DNA from: a virus
Reading direction: 5' to 3' (one strand)
DNA: 37,534 nucleotides
IMG/VR virus record: IMGVR_UViG_3300032373_000053
Span: 1-37,534 of that record
Both the position numbers and the translations under genes were made by a program. Shown piece by piece: positions 1 through 9,109 of the stretch (the first letter of the stretch is position 1; every line of letters begins with the position of its first letter). A model generated the notes under the pieces. That model worked only from the letters and a program-made list of their open reading frames with translations. It was not told the DNA's origin and did not search any database.

Positions 1-127
1 AGCCAAAACCAACGGGGCCGAATCAGGAATGCGTTTTATTCGGCTGGCAGGCCATCCCCGACGATGCCCGAGAGGTAACGATTACCGAAGGTGAAATAGA
101 CGCTTTATCGATGGCGGCATACGGCTA
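1..127. repeat. Terminal direct repeat, copy 1 (circular-assembly overlap)
   Basis: Bases 1-127 (agccaaaaccaacgg...gcggcatacggcta) are repeated base for base at 37408-37534. Confidence 0.95.
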
Positions 128-1295
128 TCCCGCGCTCTCCGTTCCGTTCGGTGGCGGTGATGGGGAAAAGCAAAAGTGGGTTGAAAATGACTATGACCGG
201 CTTGAGAGATTCGAAACAATTTTCCTGGCTCTTGATGATGATGAACAGGGTCATGCAGCGGTTAACGAGTTGGTCAATCGCCTTGGGGCGCATCGGTGCC
301 GGATTGTTACCCTGCCACGTAAGGACGCGAATGAATGCCGTATGTCGGGGATATCAGAAGCAGAGATACATCAGGCGATTAAAGCAGCAACGTACAGAGC
401 GCCGGAAACGCTCAGGTGTGCCAGCGAGTACACGGATTCCGTAGTTAGCTTATTCTGGCCGAAAGAGGGTCAGCACATAGGCTACAAACTTCCTTATGTG
501 GGGATGGAAACAAAGCTGTTGTTTCGCCCGTCAGAGGTTACGGTGTGGACGGGGGCAAGTGGATCTGGAAAATCGCAAATTCTCTCTGACTGTTCGGTTG
601 ATTGGATTAAGCAAGGTTCGCGGCTTTGCGTTGCCTCGTTGGAGATGGCTCCCGCTCAAACGCTTAAACGGATGGCGAAGCAGGCGGGGAATATGGACCG
701 CCCTACGACTGAGTTTCTACACGCAATCATGAGCTGGTTGGGCGACGGTTTGTATCTCTATGACCGTGTTGGAAAGTGTGAACTTGAAAGCCTATTGACG
801 GTCTTTGACTACGCCAGGAAACGCTATGGATGCGATCAATTTATTATTGATTCCCTCATGCGGTTGGGTGTGGAGACTGACGACTACAACAGCCAAGAAG
901 CGGTGATGTATCGCGTGGTCGATTGGGCAATAGAGCGCGAAGTTCATGTCCATTTCGTTTGCCACTCTCGGAAGGGTGAGAAGGAACAGGGTCCGCAAGG
1001 AATTGAGGACGTAAAGGGAGCAATGGAGATCGGCGCCAATGCGTTCAACATTGTTTCTGTCTGGCGAAACCGAAAACAAGAGGACGAAATCAAGGCCGCA
1101 GACACCGACGAATTACGGGACGCGTTAAGTAAGAAGCCCGGTGTAATTCTGAACGTTCCCAAGCAACGCAATGGCGATTGGGAAGGCAAGTGCGGACTGA
1201 GTTTCAACTTAGAAACTTATCAGTACAGAACGTCACGATGCGATCGATGGGGTCGGACATATCTTTCATTGGGAGAAGTGAGGGCAGCGGAATGA
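1..1295 (+). CDS. Bifunctional DNA primase/helicase, C-terminal part (TOPRIM plus DnaB/gp4-like helicase)
   Basis: FLALDDDEQGHAA (TOPRIM DxD), Walker A VWTGASGSGKSQ, Walker B-like FIIDSLM, and a downstream HSRKG. Same frame as 36891..37534 across the junction. Confidence 0.85.
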   Translation, partial: PKPTGPNQECVLFGWQAIPDDAREVTITEGEIDALSMAAYGYPALSVPFGGGDGEKQKWVENDYDRLERFETIFLALDDDEQGHAAVNELVNRLGAHRCRIVTLPRKDANECRMSGISEAEIHQAIKAATYRAPETLRCASEYTDSVVSLFWPKEGQHIGYKLPYVGMETKLLFRPSEVTVWTGASGSGKSQILSDCSVDWIKQGSRLCVASLEMAPAQTLKRMAKQAGNMDRPTTEFLHAIMSWLGDGLYLYDRVGKCELESLLTVFDYARKRYGCDQFIIDSLMRLGVETDDYNSQEAVMYRVVDWAIEREVHVHFVCHSRKGEKEQGPQGIEDVKGAMEIGANAFNIVSVWRNRKQEDEIKAADTDELRDALSKKPGVILNVPKQRNGDWEGKCGLSFNLETYQYRTSRCDRWGRTYLSLGEVRAAE

Positions 1296-1585
1296 ACCAG
1301 GGACAGGTAGGCGATTGGAACATGGGCGCTTTCGAAAGGCGGGCATATTATACGAAGCCAGGACAGTCATGGATTTATCTGACGGATGGCGGTAAGGGCG
1401 GTCCACAAATTAAAAAAGCGGCGCGAGAATACATGGAGCGATATGGCGACGTGCTTCTATCGCAGAAGGTCTTACACCGCACAAAGGACGGCGTGGGCAT
1501 TTATCAATATATTGCTACGAAATTGTCCGATACAGCGGCGGTTCGTATTCATGCGTTAGCTGATCTGCCTTTGAGGGCGGCATGA
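1292..1585 (+). CDS. Hypothetical protein (97 aa)
   Basis: ATG 1292 overlaps the helicase stop (ATGA). The stop overlaps the next start. This is the in-frame part of track ORF 1178..1585. Confidence 0.55.
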   Translation: MNQGQVGDWNMGAFERRAYYTKPGQSWIYLTDGGKGGPQIKKAAREYMERYGDVLLSQKVLHRTKDGVGIYQYIATKLSDTAAVRIHALADLPLRAA

Positions 1586-1773
1586 GCGAGATAGGTAAAA
1601 TCTTACGAGATCTTCGTGAAAGCGCTGGATTAAGTCGATCAAAATTAGGGGCGGCATCGGGTGTGAATTGGGAAATGATCAGACGGTATGAAGTAGGCGA
1701 AAGCGCACCATGGAAGCCGTTGGAAAAGACCCTTGATGCGTTGGGCTATGAATTGGAGGTTGTGAGTAAATGA
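1582..1773 (+). CDS. XRE-family helix-turn-helix DNA-binding protein (63 aa)
   Basis: ILRDLRESAGLSRSKLGAASGVNWEMIRRYEVGES fits the HTH_3/XRE pattern. It is translationally coupled on both sides. Confidence 0.7.
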   Translation: MSEIGKILRDLRESAGLSRSKLGAASGVNWEMIRRYEVGESAPWKPLEKTLDALGYELEVVSK

Positions 1774-2129
1774 CATTCGACATTGAGCAAGCGGAGAAGG
1801 ACGGCAAGGCCCTAACGCGGGACGGGCGAGAGGTTGTGATTTACTGCACCGATGCGCCGGGGGGGTGGCCTATTCATGGGAGAATAAGCGTCACGCCCCG
1901 CGCTTGGCTTGCAAACGGTCAATTATGGCCTCGCCCTGGACATGAATCCGACCTCCAAAACATCCCGAAGGTCCATGAGGTGTGGGTGAACTTATATGCC
2001 GACCGGACTGTTACGATCTACCATTCACGGCTATCTGCGGACGCCGCCCCTGGTGGTGCCGTTGCAAGTGCGCACCGCATAGCCTGTAAGCGTATAGAGA
2101 TAACCGAAGGCGAGGGGCTGAATGACTAA
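1770..2129 (+). CDS. Hypothetical protein (119 aa)
   Basis: ATGA overlap with the upstream gene. Last gene before a 370-bp non-coding gap. Confidence 0.55.
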   Translation: MTFDIEQAEKDGKALTRDGREVVIYCTDAPGGWPIHGRISVTPRAWLANGQLWPRPGHESDLQNIPKVHEVWVNLYADRTVTIYHSRLSADAAPGGAVASAHRIACKRIEITEGEGLND

Positions 2130-2225
2130 AGCCCACGCAAAGGACACAGAACTCGGGGGTATGTAAAAAGGCGAACGGCGGCGTCATAATCCTCTCCAGG
2201 CGAAAGCTGAATTTAAGGACAAGTA

Positions 2226-2288
2226 GACTTAATGACGTGCGCCCCCCATAATTGCATAGCGCCAATTAAGTCATCCTCCGTTTTTTTT
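2226..2288 (+). terminator. Imperfect hairpin plus T8 tract; possible end of the replication operon
   Basis: GACTTAAT (2226-2233) pairs with ATTAAGTC (2265-2272), with an inner GCGC/GCGC pairing. TTTTTTTT lies at 2281-2288, but 8 nt (2273-2280) separate it from the stem, so this is not a canonical intrinsic terminator. Confidence 0.3.
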
Positions 2289-2500
2289 AATGCTAGAATA
2301 GGAGAAAATCATGTTAGTTGATATTATAATGGCACTGTTAGGCGTTTTGTAATGTGGATATTAGTGCTTTTGACCATCGTAACGGGTGACAACGTGGAAT
2401 CGATGAAAGTATCAAGTCACCCAACGGTGGCGGCGTGCTTCTTAAAGGGGCGTGAGATTGAAAAGCGCCAGCGCGAGATAAAGCAAAACTCGCGAGTAAT

Positions 2501-2917
2501 ATGTTTAAGGTCGAGATGATGACACCGAAGCAAGCAGCATTCGTGCGAGAATACCTGATTGATAGGAACGGAACGCAAGCCGCCATCCGTGCAGGGTATG
2601 CTAAAAACAGCGCAGACGTGACGGCATGTAAGTTGCTAATAAATCCTAAGGTTAAGGCCGCTGTGGCCAAGGGCACCGAAGAACACGCCGAAAGGTGCGC
2701 TGTGACGCTGGAAAGCCTCACTGACGAGCTAAACGAGGCTGCGGGCATGGCAAGGGGCCAAGATGACTCAAACGCGCTCAGGCAGGCCGTGATGGCGAAA
2801 GCAAAACTGCATGGTTACGATATTGTGAAAAATGAGCACGCAGGCCCTAACGGTGGCCCGGTGAAGACCGAAAAGAGTGTGTTCTTTATTCCAGTGGGGG
2901 CTGATGGATCAGATTAA
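2501..2917 (+). CDS. terS: Terminase small subunit (Terminase_2/P27-like)
   Basis: MTPKQAAFVREYLIDRNGTQAAIRAGY...KLLINPKV is the typical N-terminal signature. It overlaps the large terminase start. The true start may be ATG 2516, which is preceded by AAGG. Confidence 0.8.
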   Translation: MFKVEMMTPKQAAFVREYLIDRNGTQAAIRAGYAKNSADVTACKLLINPKVKAAVAKGTEEHAERCAVTLESLTDELNEAAGMARGQDDSNALRQAVMAKAKLHGYDIVKNEHAGPNGGPVKTEKSVFFIPVGADGSD

Positions 2918-4433
2918 CGTCGAGTACGTCAAAAATCTTTACCCAATATTCACCATGCCGAAGCGTATTAAGATTGTTGTCGGCGGTCGTGGTTCGACCA
3001 AATCAACAGGCATCGCCGACTATGTGGCTGGGAAGGTTTACAGTGGCGACCTATGGTGCTGTGCCCGCGAGCATCAGAACAGCATCGAAGAAAGCGTTCA
3101 CCGGACAATCTTAGACGAAGTCGAACGTCTTAGCCTTGACGGGTTTGAGGACACAAAGACCAGCATCACGCATCGCAGCGGCGGCAGGACGTTCTATCGT
3201 GGCTTAGCCCGCAACGTGACCAGCCTCAAGTCCACGCTATCAGGCGTTGATGGGCTGTGGATTGAAGAAGGCGAGGACATCACCGAAGCGACGTTGCGCG
3301 TCTTGACGGCATCAGTACGTTTGAACGCGACGGACACAGAACGGCTCATTGCTGGCGAAGATGTTAAGATGCCAGAGATTATCATCACGATGAACCGAGG
3401 TGCCCGGACGGGCGCTATCGCTAAGAAGTGGCTATCCCGCGCTGAAAGCGAATTGATGCGGTGTGGATACTATGAAGACGATACGATTATGGTTGTTCAG
3501 ATGAACTACACAGATATGCCGCAGGAATGGTTCGCGGCCTCTGGCCTTGAGCAAGAGCGCAAAGATGACTTCGAACGTATGAGCCGGGCAGAATATAACC
3601 ATAAATGGCTTGGAGCATATTACGATGAGATAGAGGGCAGCATTATCAAGCCGGAATGGTTTGACGCTTGCCTGGACGCACACAAGGACCCGCGCTTAGA
3701 GCGCACGTTTAAACCGCTAGGGCCACGCATTGCTGTGCATGATCCGTTTGACGATGGCAACGACGCTGGTGGGTATTGTTTACGGCATGGTTCTGTAATT
3801 GAGTTTGTGCGGTCGAAGGCCACGGGCGAGATAGACGAGGCGTGCTCATGGGCGTTAGACCACGCTAAGCAAGACGGGGCTGATTGGTTTGTGTGGGACG
3901 GTGACGGCATGGGAACGGGCCTCAAGGGCCAGATTAAGACCGCGCTAGAAGGTACTCGGGTGCAATACCATATGTTTCGCGGGTCATTGATGGGTATGGC
4001 GCAAGATTATGCAGAAAGGCTTTATGAATCGCCGGGCGAGAATGAAAGCGCGGAAAGCAAACGACATCCCAAGACTTACGCGGCGACGTTCAGAAATAAC
4101 CGGGCGCAGTATTACATGACGCTGGCAAATCGCATGTATAATACGTTTCGATGCAGGGAACGCGGCGAGTATGTTGATGTCGACACGATGATTTCGTTTA
4201 ATACGGATGGCATTGAAAGCGTGGATGGTCTACGCTCTCAGTTGTGCCGGGTTCCGACAAAGCCCAACGGTAACGGATTGATCCAGATTATGAACAAACA
4301 AGAGATGAAAAAGTTAGGCATACCGTCGCCCAACGAAGGTGATTGTATTATGATGAGCATGTTTGCGCCAACGGATCGGCCAAGCGAGGAAGAAAACTAC
4401 GGACATATGGCAGGGCCGTCATGGATGGGGTGA
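2904..4433 (+). CDS. terL: Terminase large subunit (509 aa)
   Basis: Walker A-like VVGGRGSTKSTG, Walker B-like GLWIEEGED, and a C-terminal nuclease-like region with acidic residues (VHDPFDDGNDAGG). ATG 2904 lies inside the end of terS. Confidence 0.85.
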   Translation: MDQINVEYVKNLYPIFTMPKRIKIVVGGRGSTKSTGIADYVAGKVYSGDLWCCAREHQNSIEESVHRTILDEVERLSLDGFEDTKTSITHRSGGRTFYRGLARNVTSLKSTLSGVDGLWIEEGEDITEATLRVLTASVRLNATDTERLIAGEDVKMPEIIITMNRGARTGAIAKKWLSRAESELMRCGYYEDDTIMVVQMNYTDMPQEWFAASGLEQERKDDFERMSRAEYNHKWLGAYYDEIEGSIIKPEWFDACLDAHKDPRLERTFKPLGPRIAVHDPFDDGNDAGGYCLRHGSVIEFVRSKATGEIDEACSWALDHAKQDGADWFVWDGDGMGTGLKGQIKTALEGTRVQYHMFRGSLMGMAQDYAERLYESPGENESAESKRHPKTYAATFRNNRAQYYMTLANRMYNTFRCRERGEYVDVDTMISFNTDGIESVDGLRSQLCRVPTKPNGNGLIQIMNKQEMKKLGIPSPNEGDCIMMSMFAPTDRPSEEENYGHMAGPSWMG

Positions 4434-4434
4434 T

Positions 4435-4707
4435 ATGAATAAGAAAACGGCAGTTGATAGCTCATTAGTTCAAGAAAATGGCAACGTAAGTGAGGTTGTT
4501 AACCTAATCCCACAAATCAACGGGACAATTAAACGCCCTTGTGTTTTTGGGGATGCTGTTATTGTTCAGTTAATTTACTCACACGATGATGAAATAACAG
4601 GCAATCCACAATATAGACGATTTATCAGCCTGATGGTGCAAAACGAAAAAATGAAGCCCGAATTGACGAATGAGGCGCGTCGGATAATGGAGAAAGATGA
4701 TGAATGA
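4435..4707 (+). CDS. Hypothetical protein (90 aa), AT-rich moron-like gene
   Basis: ATG 4435 lies 1 nt after the terL stop. The stretch is visibly more AT-rich than its flanks (aataagaaaacggcagttgatagctcattagttcaag). Confidence 0.55.
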   Translation: MNKKTAVDSSLVQENGNVSEVVNLIPQINGTIKRPCVFGDAVIVQLIYSHDDEITGNPQYRRFISLMVQNEKMKPELTNEARRIMEKDDE

Positions 4708-4960
4708 CGTGCTACCTTTTGAGACCACAGACCCGCATCAGCGGCAGCTAACGATGGCCCGGTATGCGATGCACTGCATGAGGCTGCGCGATTATGCCAT
4801 GTTGCACACTACGGGCAAGTTGACGTTTGAACAGGCTGCCGAGGAATACAGAAAGGCGATGGAAAACTTCGATCAAATACTTGAATTAGCCGTTACTGAG
4901 CCGGGCCGGATGCCGCCTATTGAGGATGACATGGAGCGGGGTTTTTACATTCCTGAGTAA
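4697..4960 (+). CDS. Hypothetical protein (87 aa)
   Basis: GGAGAAAG lies upstream of ATGATG at 4697. It overlaps the previous stop. Confidence 0.55.
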   Translation: MMNDVLPFETTDPHQRQLTMARYAMHCMRLRDYAMLHTTGKLTFEQAAEEYRKAMENFDQILELAVTEPGRMPPIEDDMERGFYIPE

Positions 4961-5052
4961 CATCGGGCGGCGGTCGTTTACTTTTGTCGGAAATATGCGT
5001 AAAATACACCAAACCCGCTGCGAAGCGCGTTATCCCTTTGATGGAATGAACC

Positions 5053-7374
5053 ATGGCCAAATCTACCGACACCACTATGCAGGACGCACTTGAGCGGTTC
5101 AGAGAGAGCCAGGAGAGTTCAGACTTCAACCGCACGAACTATTACGACGACACAAAGTTCGCTAGGTTGTCGGATCAATGGCCAGAGGATATTTACAAGC
5201 AGCGAATGCAAGAGGGCCGTCCCGCGCTTGTCGTCAATAAGATGCCGATGTTGATCCGTTCCGTTGTGAACGAGGCCCGGCAGAACAAGCCGTCTATCAA
5301 GGTTTCGCCAGTTGACAGCAACGCAGACGAGGACACAGCCGAGGTTATTGGTGGGTTAATCCGAAACATCGAACGGCAGTCTGTGGCAGGCGTTGCCTAT
5401 GATACGTCGGTTGATCATGCCGTTACAGGCGGGTTTGGTTTTTTCCGCATTGATATTGATTACGCCCACGATGAGACGTTCGAGTTAGAGGCCAGGATCA
5501 AGCGTATTGCTAACCCGCTTTCAGTTCATTGGGACACGTCCAGCACCGAATTTGATGCAAGTGATTGGGATTATGCGTTTATCTCTGATATGCTTTCGAA
5601 AGATGAATTTAAGGCCCGCTATCCCAAAGCGTCACTTGTCCCGTTTGAGGGTGACAGCCGCGACGAAAACAGCGAGTTATGGCTGAAAGAGGACCAGATC
5701 AGGGTTGCTGAATGGTTCCAGCGCGACAAGAAAGAAACTAAGCTGCTTCAAATATCCATCCCCACGCCAGACGGCCAGCCTGACTTACAGGCCGTTCGTG
5801 AAGCCGACATTCCTGCAATTGCTAAGCGGTTTTTCGAAGCTGGCAACATTCCAACCGAGGGCATGAGCGAAAAGGACTTGCGCGAGGGCTTCATGGACTT
5901 ATCAGGTGTTCAAATTCTACGTGAACGCATGGTCGAGGGTTATGACGTAAAGCGGCGCATTATCAACGGTATAGAAGTGTTAGAGGAAGATGATTGGCCC
6001 GGCCAGTCTATTCCCGTTTGTCCGGTCTGGGGTGATGAGGTTTATATTGATGGTCGGCGGCACTTTAGAAGTCTGATTCGTGACGCTAAAGACAGTCAGA
6101 TGATGAGCAACTTCTGGAGATCGGCAACGACTGAGTTAGTCGCATTGGCACCCAAAGCACCGTGGGTCGGCCCTAAAGGCTTTGTTCCAAAGGGGCAAGA
6201 GCAGAAATGGGCGAGCGCAAACACGCGGAACCACGCATACCTTGAATATGAGCCGATCGGCGCAGGGTCCCCGACACGGCAACAGTTTGCCGGGGTGCCT
6301 TCGGGTGCATTGCAAGAGATCAACCTTGCAGACCAAGCCATGCAGGACATTACTGGTATTTATCCGGCTGCCACAGGTGGCCGGTCGAACGAGACCAGTG
6401 GCAAGGCTATTCTTGCCCGCGAGCGTCAAGGCGATGTTTCAAACTTCCACTTTATCGACAACTTAAACCGCGCCATCACATACGCCGGTAAAATCTTGGT
6501 GGAAATTATCCCGGCTGTTTACAGCCCGAAGGAGGCGGTTCGCATCCTGGGTGAGGACGAGATGGCCAAGGTTGTGAATTTGACGCAAGAAGATGGCGGT
6601 AGCAATAAACCCGGCATTGATGGCCAGCAACGGCTTTATAATCTTGCGGTCGGTAAATATGATGTTGACGTTAAGACCGGGCCAAACTTCGCAACACAGC
6701 GTGAAGAAACCCGCGAGACGCTTATTGAGATTATGCGACAGGTTCCTGATGCCGCCGCGTTTATTGGTGATGTTTTGCTCGATCATATGGACTTCGTTGG
6801 TGCTGATAAGGTTGCGAAACGTCTTAAATCGTTGTTGCCCCCCGAAGTGCGTCAGGCCGAAGACGCCGCCGAGAATAGCGAAAATCCAGAAATGGCCGCG
6901 ATGCAGCAACAAATACAAGCCAAAGACCAAGAGATGAAGCAAGCCCAACAGGCTGTTATGGCAGAGATTCAAAGGCTGCAATCTGAGAACGAGGCCATCA
7001 AACAATCAAAGCAGGCTGATATGGCCAAGGCCCAAATGGACGGCCAAGCCAAGATGAAAGAACTTGCGCTAAAAGAGCGTGAGTTAGCCTTGAAAGAGGC
7101 CGAAGCGCAAAAGCCGGAACCTGATGAGACGGTCAAGATTATGGTTGATACGGAGATGCAACGCGAGCGGATGATGTTCGATGCTTCGGAAGCTGAGAAA
7201 GACCGCCAGCTAGAAATTATGAAGCTGATTATCACCAAGCGCGACGAAGGCATGACCTACGACGATGCCAAGGTCGAGGCCGAGCGCGAAGTGTCTCAGA
7301 TCGTGTTCCAGCGTGACGAAATGGGCAACATCGTGAGCGCGACCAAGATGGATGTTGAAAGCGGTATGCAGTGA
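5053..7374 (+). CDS. Portal protein (773 aa) with a long C-terminal coiled-coil
   Basis: Its position after the terminases and its size fit a portal. The last ~150 aa are E/K/Q/A/M-rich helix (AAMQQQIQAKDQEMKQAQQAVMAEIQRLQSENEAIKQ...), reminiscent of the P22 portal barrel. Confidence 0.8.
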   Translation: MAKSTDTTMQDALERFRESQESSDFNRTNYYDDTKFARLSDQWPEDIYKQRMQEGRPALVVNKMPMLIRSVVNEARQNKPSIKVSPVDSNADEDTAEVIGGLIRNIERQSVAGVAYDTSVDHAVTGGFGFFRIDIDYAHDETFELEARIKRIANPLSVHWDTSSTEFDASDWDYAFISDMLSKDEFKARYPKASLVPFEGDSRDENSELWLKEDQIRVAEWFQRDKKETKLLQISIPTPDGQPDLQAVREADIPAIAKRFFEAGNIPTEGMSEKDLREGFMDLSGVQILRERMVEGYDVKRRIINGIEVLEEDDWPGQSIPVCPVWGDEVYIDGRRHFRSLIRDAKDSQMMSNFWRSATTELVALAPKAPWVGPKGFVPKGQEQKWASANTRNHAYLEYEPIGAGSPTRQQFAGVPSGALQEINLADQAMQDITGIYPAATGGRSNETSGKAILARERQGDVSNFHFIDNLNRAITYAGKILVEIIPAVYSPKEAVRILGEDEMAKVVNLTQEDGGSNKPGIDGQQRLYNLAVGKYDVDVKTGPNFATQREETRETLIEIMRQVPDAAAFIGDVLLDHMDFVGADKVAKRLKSLLPPEVRQAEDAAENSENPEMAAMQQQIQAKDQEMKQAQQAVMAEIQRLQSENEAIKQSKQADMAKAQMDGQAKMKELALKERELALKEAEAQKPEPDETVKIMVDTEMQRERMMFDASEAEKDRQLEIMKLIITKRDEGMTYDDAKVEAEREVSQIVFQRDEMGNIVSATKMDVESGMQ

Positions 7375-7508
7375 AACTGGCCGAAAACAAGTGCTGCACA
7401 TGCGGTTATGAGTGGAATGACAAGCCGGGCGATCATACTCAGTGTGCAAGGTGCGGTAGTTTGTATGTGAAATGGCTGAATTATGAGCGGAACTTTGTGA
7501 AGAAATGA
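7371..7508 (+). CDS. 45-aa zinc-ribbon micro-protein (GTG start)
   Basis: Translation is VKLAENKCCTCGYEWNDKPGDHTQCARCGSLYVKWLNYERNFVKK. It has two CxxC knuckles 13 residues apart. GTGA overlaps the portal stop and ATGA overlaps the next start. It is absent from the track (under 60 aa, non-ATG start). Confidence 0.5.
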   Translation: MKLAENKCCTCGYEWNDKPGDHTQCARCGSLYVKWLNYERNFVKK

Positions 7509-8737
7509 CCGATTCATTTATTCCGGTTCAAGGCACAGGAAAGAACCTCAACACAAACGAGGTTACGACCAGTGCGGGAACGGTTCATAACGAAGTTGTT
7601 GAGCAATATTCCTTTGAGAGTGCGGCCAACACCACGCTTGCGCCGCTAGATGCTTCGGCCACGTTCACAGGTGAATGGGAGCAGAACAATCAGTCCGAGG
7701 TCATGGTGTCGGTCAAGACTGACGGTGCTGGCACCCTGTACTTTGACTTTTCAAACGATGGCGTCAACGCCGACAGCACATTCCCGGTCGCCGGGTTTGC
7801 TGTTGCAGCGAATATCCATGAGTTTCACATAGCGGTTAAGGGGCCGCGATACTTTCGACTGCGTTACGTAAACGGCACAGATGCTCAGACCTATATGAGG
7901 ATCTACTGTTACTTCGGCACCTTCCGCGCATCCAACACACCAAATAACCAAAGTATCGGATTAGACAGTGACGGAAGTTCTACTCGCCCGACCGACTATC
8001 AGGACGAGGTTGTTCGTAGTCTGCGCTCCGGTGTATCAAGCTGGAACAAGTTCGGCTATCGCGAAGCCCTAACAGATGGCACAGAGCAAGCGATATGGGC
8101 GGCAACACCAAACGACTTTACCATCATCACGACTGCATCGACGTTCACAATCACATACGACAATACCGTTGACGGCCTTGGTCGGACGGGTGCGTTGTCT
8201 CTGGTGATCTATTACCTTGATGCTGATGGCAATCAGGCAATCGCGGTTCATACGTTAAGCAACACGGGTAGCGACGTGACATCGTTCACGGGTCTAGGTA
8301 TCAACCGGGTAGCGGTGAACCTTAACGGTGGGCTGACATACAACGCTGCGACTATCACGCTCACGGCGACAACAGGTGGATCAGTGCAAGCCGTTGTCCC
8401 TGCGCTTGGTTCAGTGACACAACAGATGATTTTTCATACTGGATTTAATCAGACAGCCGCTGCTGCGATGCTTTATTTTAAGGCCGTGTCGAGCAACAAA
8501 GCCAAGACGATTGATCTGCGAGGCTATTCATACAGCCGACTTGTCGGGTCACGATATGAGGTATATCGGGACAGTATCGACACATCCGTAACGCTCGAAG
8601 CAACTATAACCGACCCGATGCGATTCCGTCTGAATGCTAGAGATGTTCTGTATTTTACGGCAACATCGTCTGGTGGCGGCCAAGGTTCGGCAGACATCGC
8701 TGGTCGGTTCAGCCTCAACTTGTATGATAACAGTTAA
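7505..8737 (+). CDS. Hypothetical virion-module protein (410 aa), beta-rich
   Basis: A long ORF coupled on both sides, lying between portal and scaffold. I recognise no motif. Confidence 0.7.
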   Translation: MTDSFIPVQGTGKNLNTNEVTTSAGTVHNEVVEQYSFESAANTTLAPLDASATFTGEWEQNNQSEVMVSVKTDGAGTLYFDFSNDGVNADSTFPVAGFAVAANIHEFHIAVKGPRYFRLRYVNGTDAQTYMRIYCYFGTFRASNTPNNQSIGLDSDGSSTRPTDYQDEVVRSLRSGVSSWNKFGYREALTDGTEQAIWAATPNDFTIITTASTFTITYDNTVDGLGRTGALSLVIYYLDADGNQAIAVHTLSNTGSDVTSFTGLGINRVAVNLNGGLTYNAATITLTATTGGSVQAVVPALGSVTQQMIFHTGFNQTAAAAMLYFKAVSSNKAKTIDLRGYSYSRLVGSRYEVYRDSIDTSVTLEATITDPMRFRLNARDVLYFTATSSGGGQGSADIAGRFSLNLYDNS

Positions 8738-9105
8738 TGCTTGCGGCGCTGCTAGGCAATATCCCGGTTGTTTCACAATACGGCACCCCTGCGCCAGTTC
8801 GGTCTAGTTCGTCATGGAACCCCAAATGGTCGGAGCAATACGGTCCAGACGCCCGCAGGCTCGCCACAGAGCGCAAGTCCGTCGAACGGGCAGTCTCAGA
8901 CCTAAAGAACGCAGATTACGTCCCCACGGCGATTATCGAGGCAAAGGATATTGTCCACAGCCGTTCGTTGGTCGATGAATTGACGGCCCGGCAAAGTGAC
9001 ACAGACGAAACTTTGGTGTATGTTCTTGAGGCGTGGTTGTTCTTTATTGAGTGGCGGAATCGTGACGATGAAGCAATTGCAACAACAATTCTAATGATGG
9101 ATTAG
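8737..9105 (+). CDS. Hypothetical protein (122 aa)
   Basis: TAATG overlap with the upstream gene. Confidence 0.6.
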   Translation: MLAALLGNIPVVSQYGTPAPVRSSSSWNPKWSEQYGPDARRLATERKSVERAVSDLKNADYVPTAIIEAKDIVHSRSLVDELTARQSDTDETLVYVLEAWLFFIEWRNRDDEAIATTILMMD

Positions 9106-9109
9106 GGCT

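Noticed and set aside
1292-2129. Could the XRE HTH and its two small neighbours be a toxin-antitoxin module?
   Set aside because: Neither neighbour shows a toxin motif I can recognise (RelE/HigB, HipA, Doc, PIN). Co-directional coupling within the replication operon is sufficient explanation. The question stays open and is not claimed.
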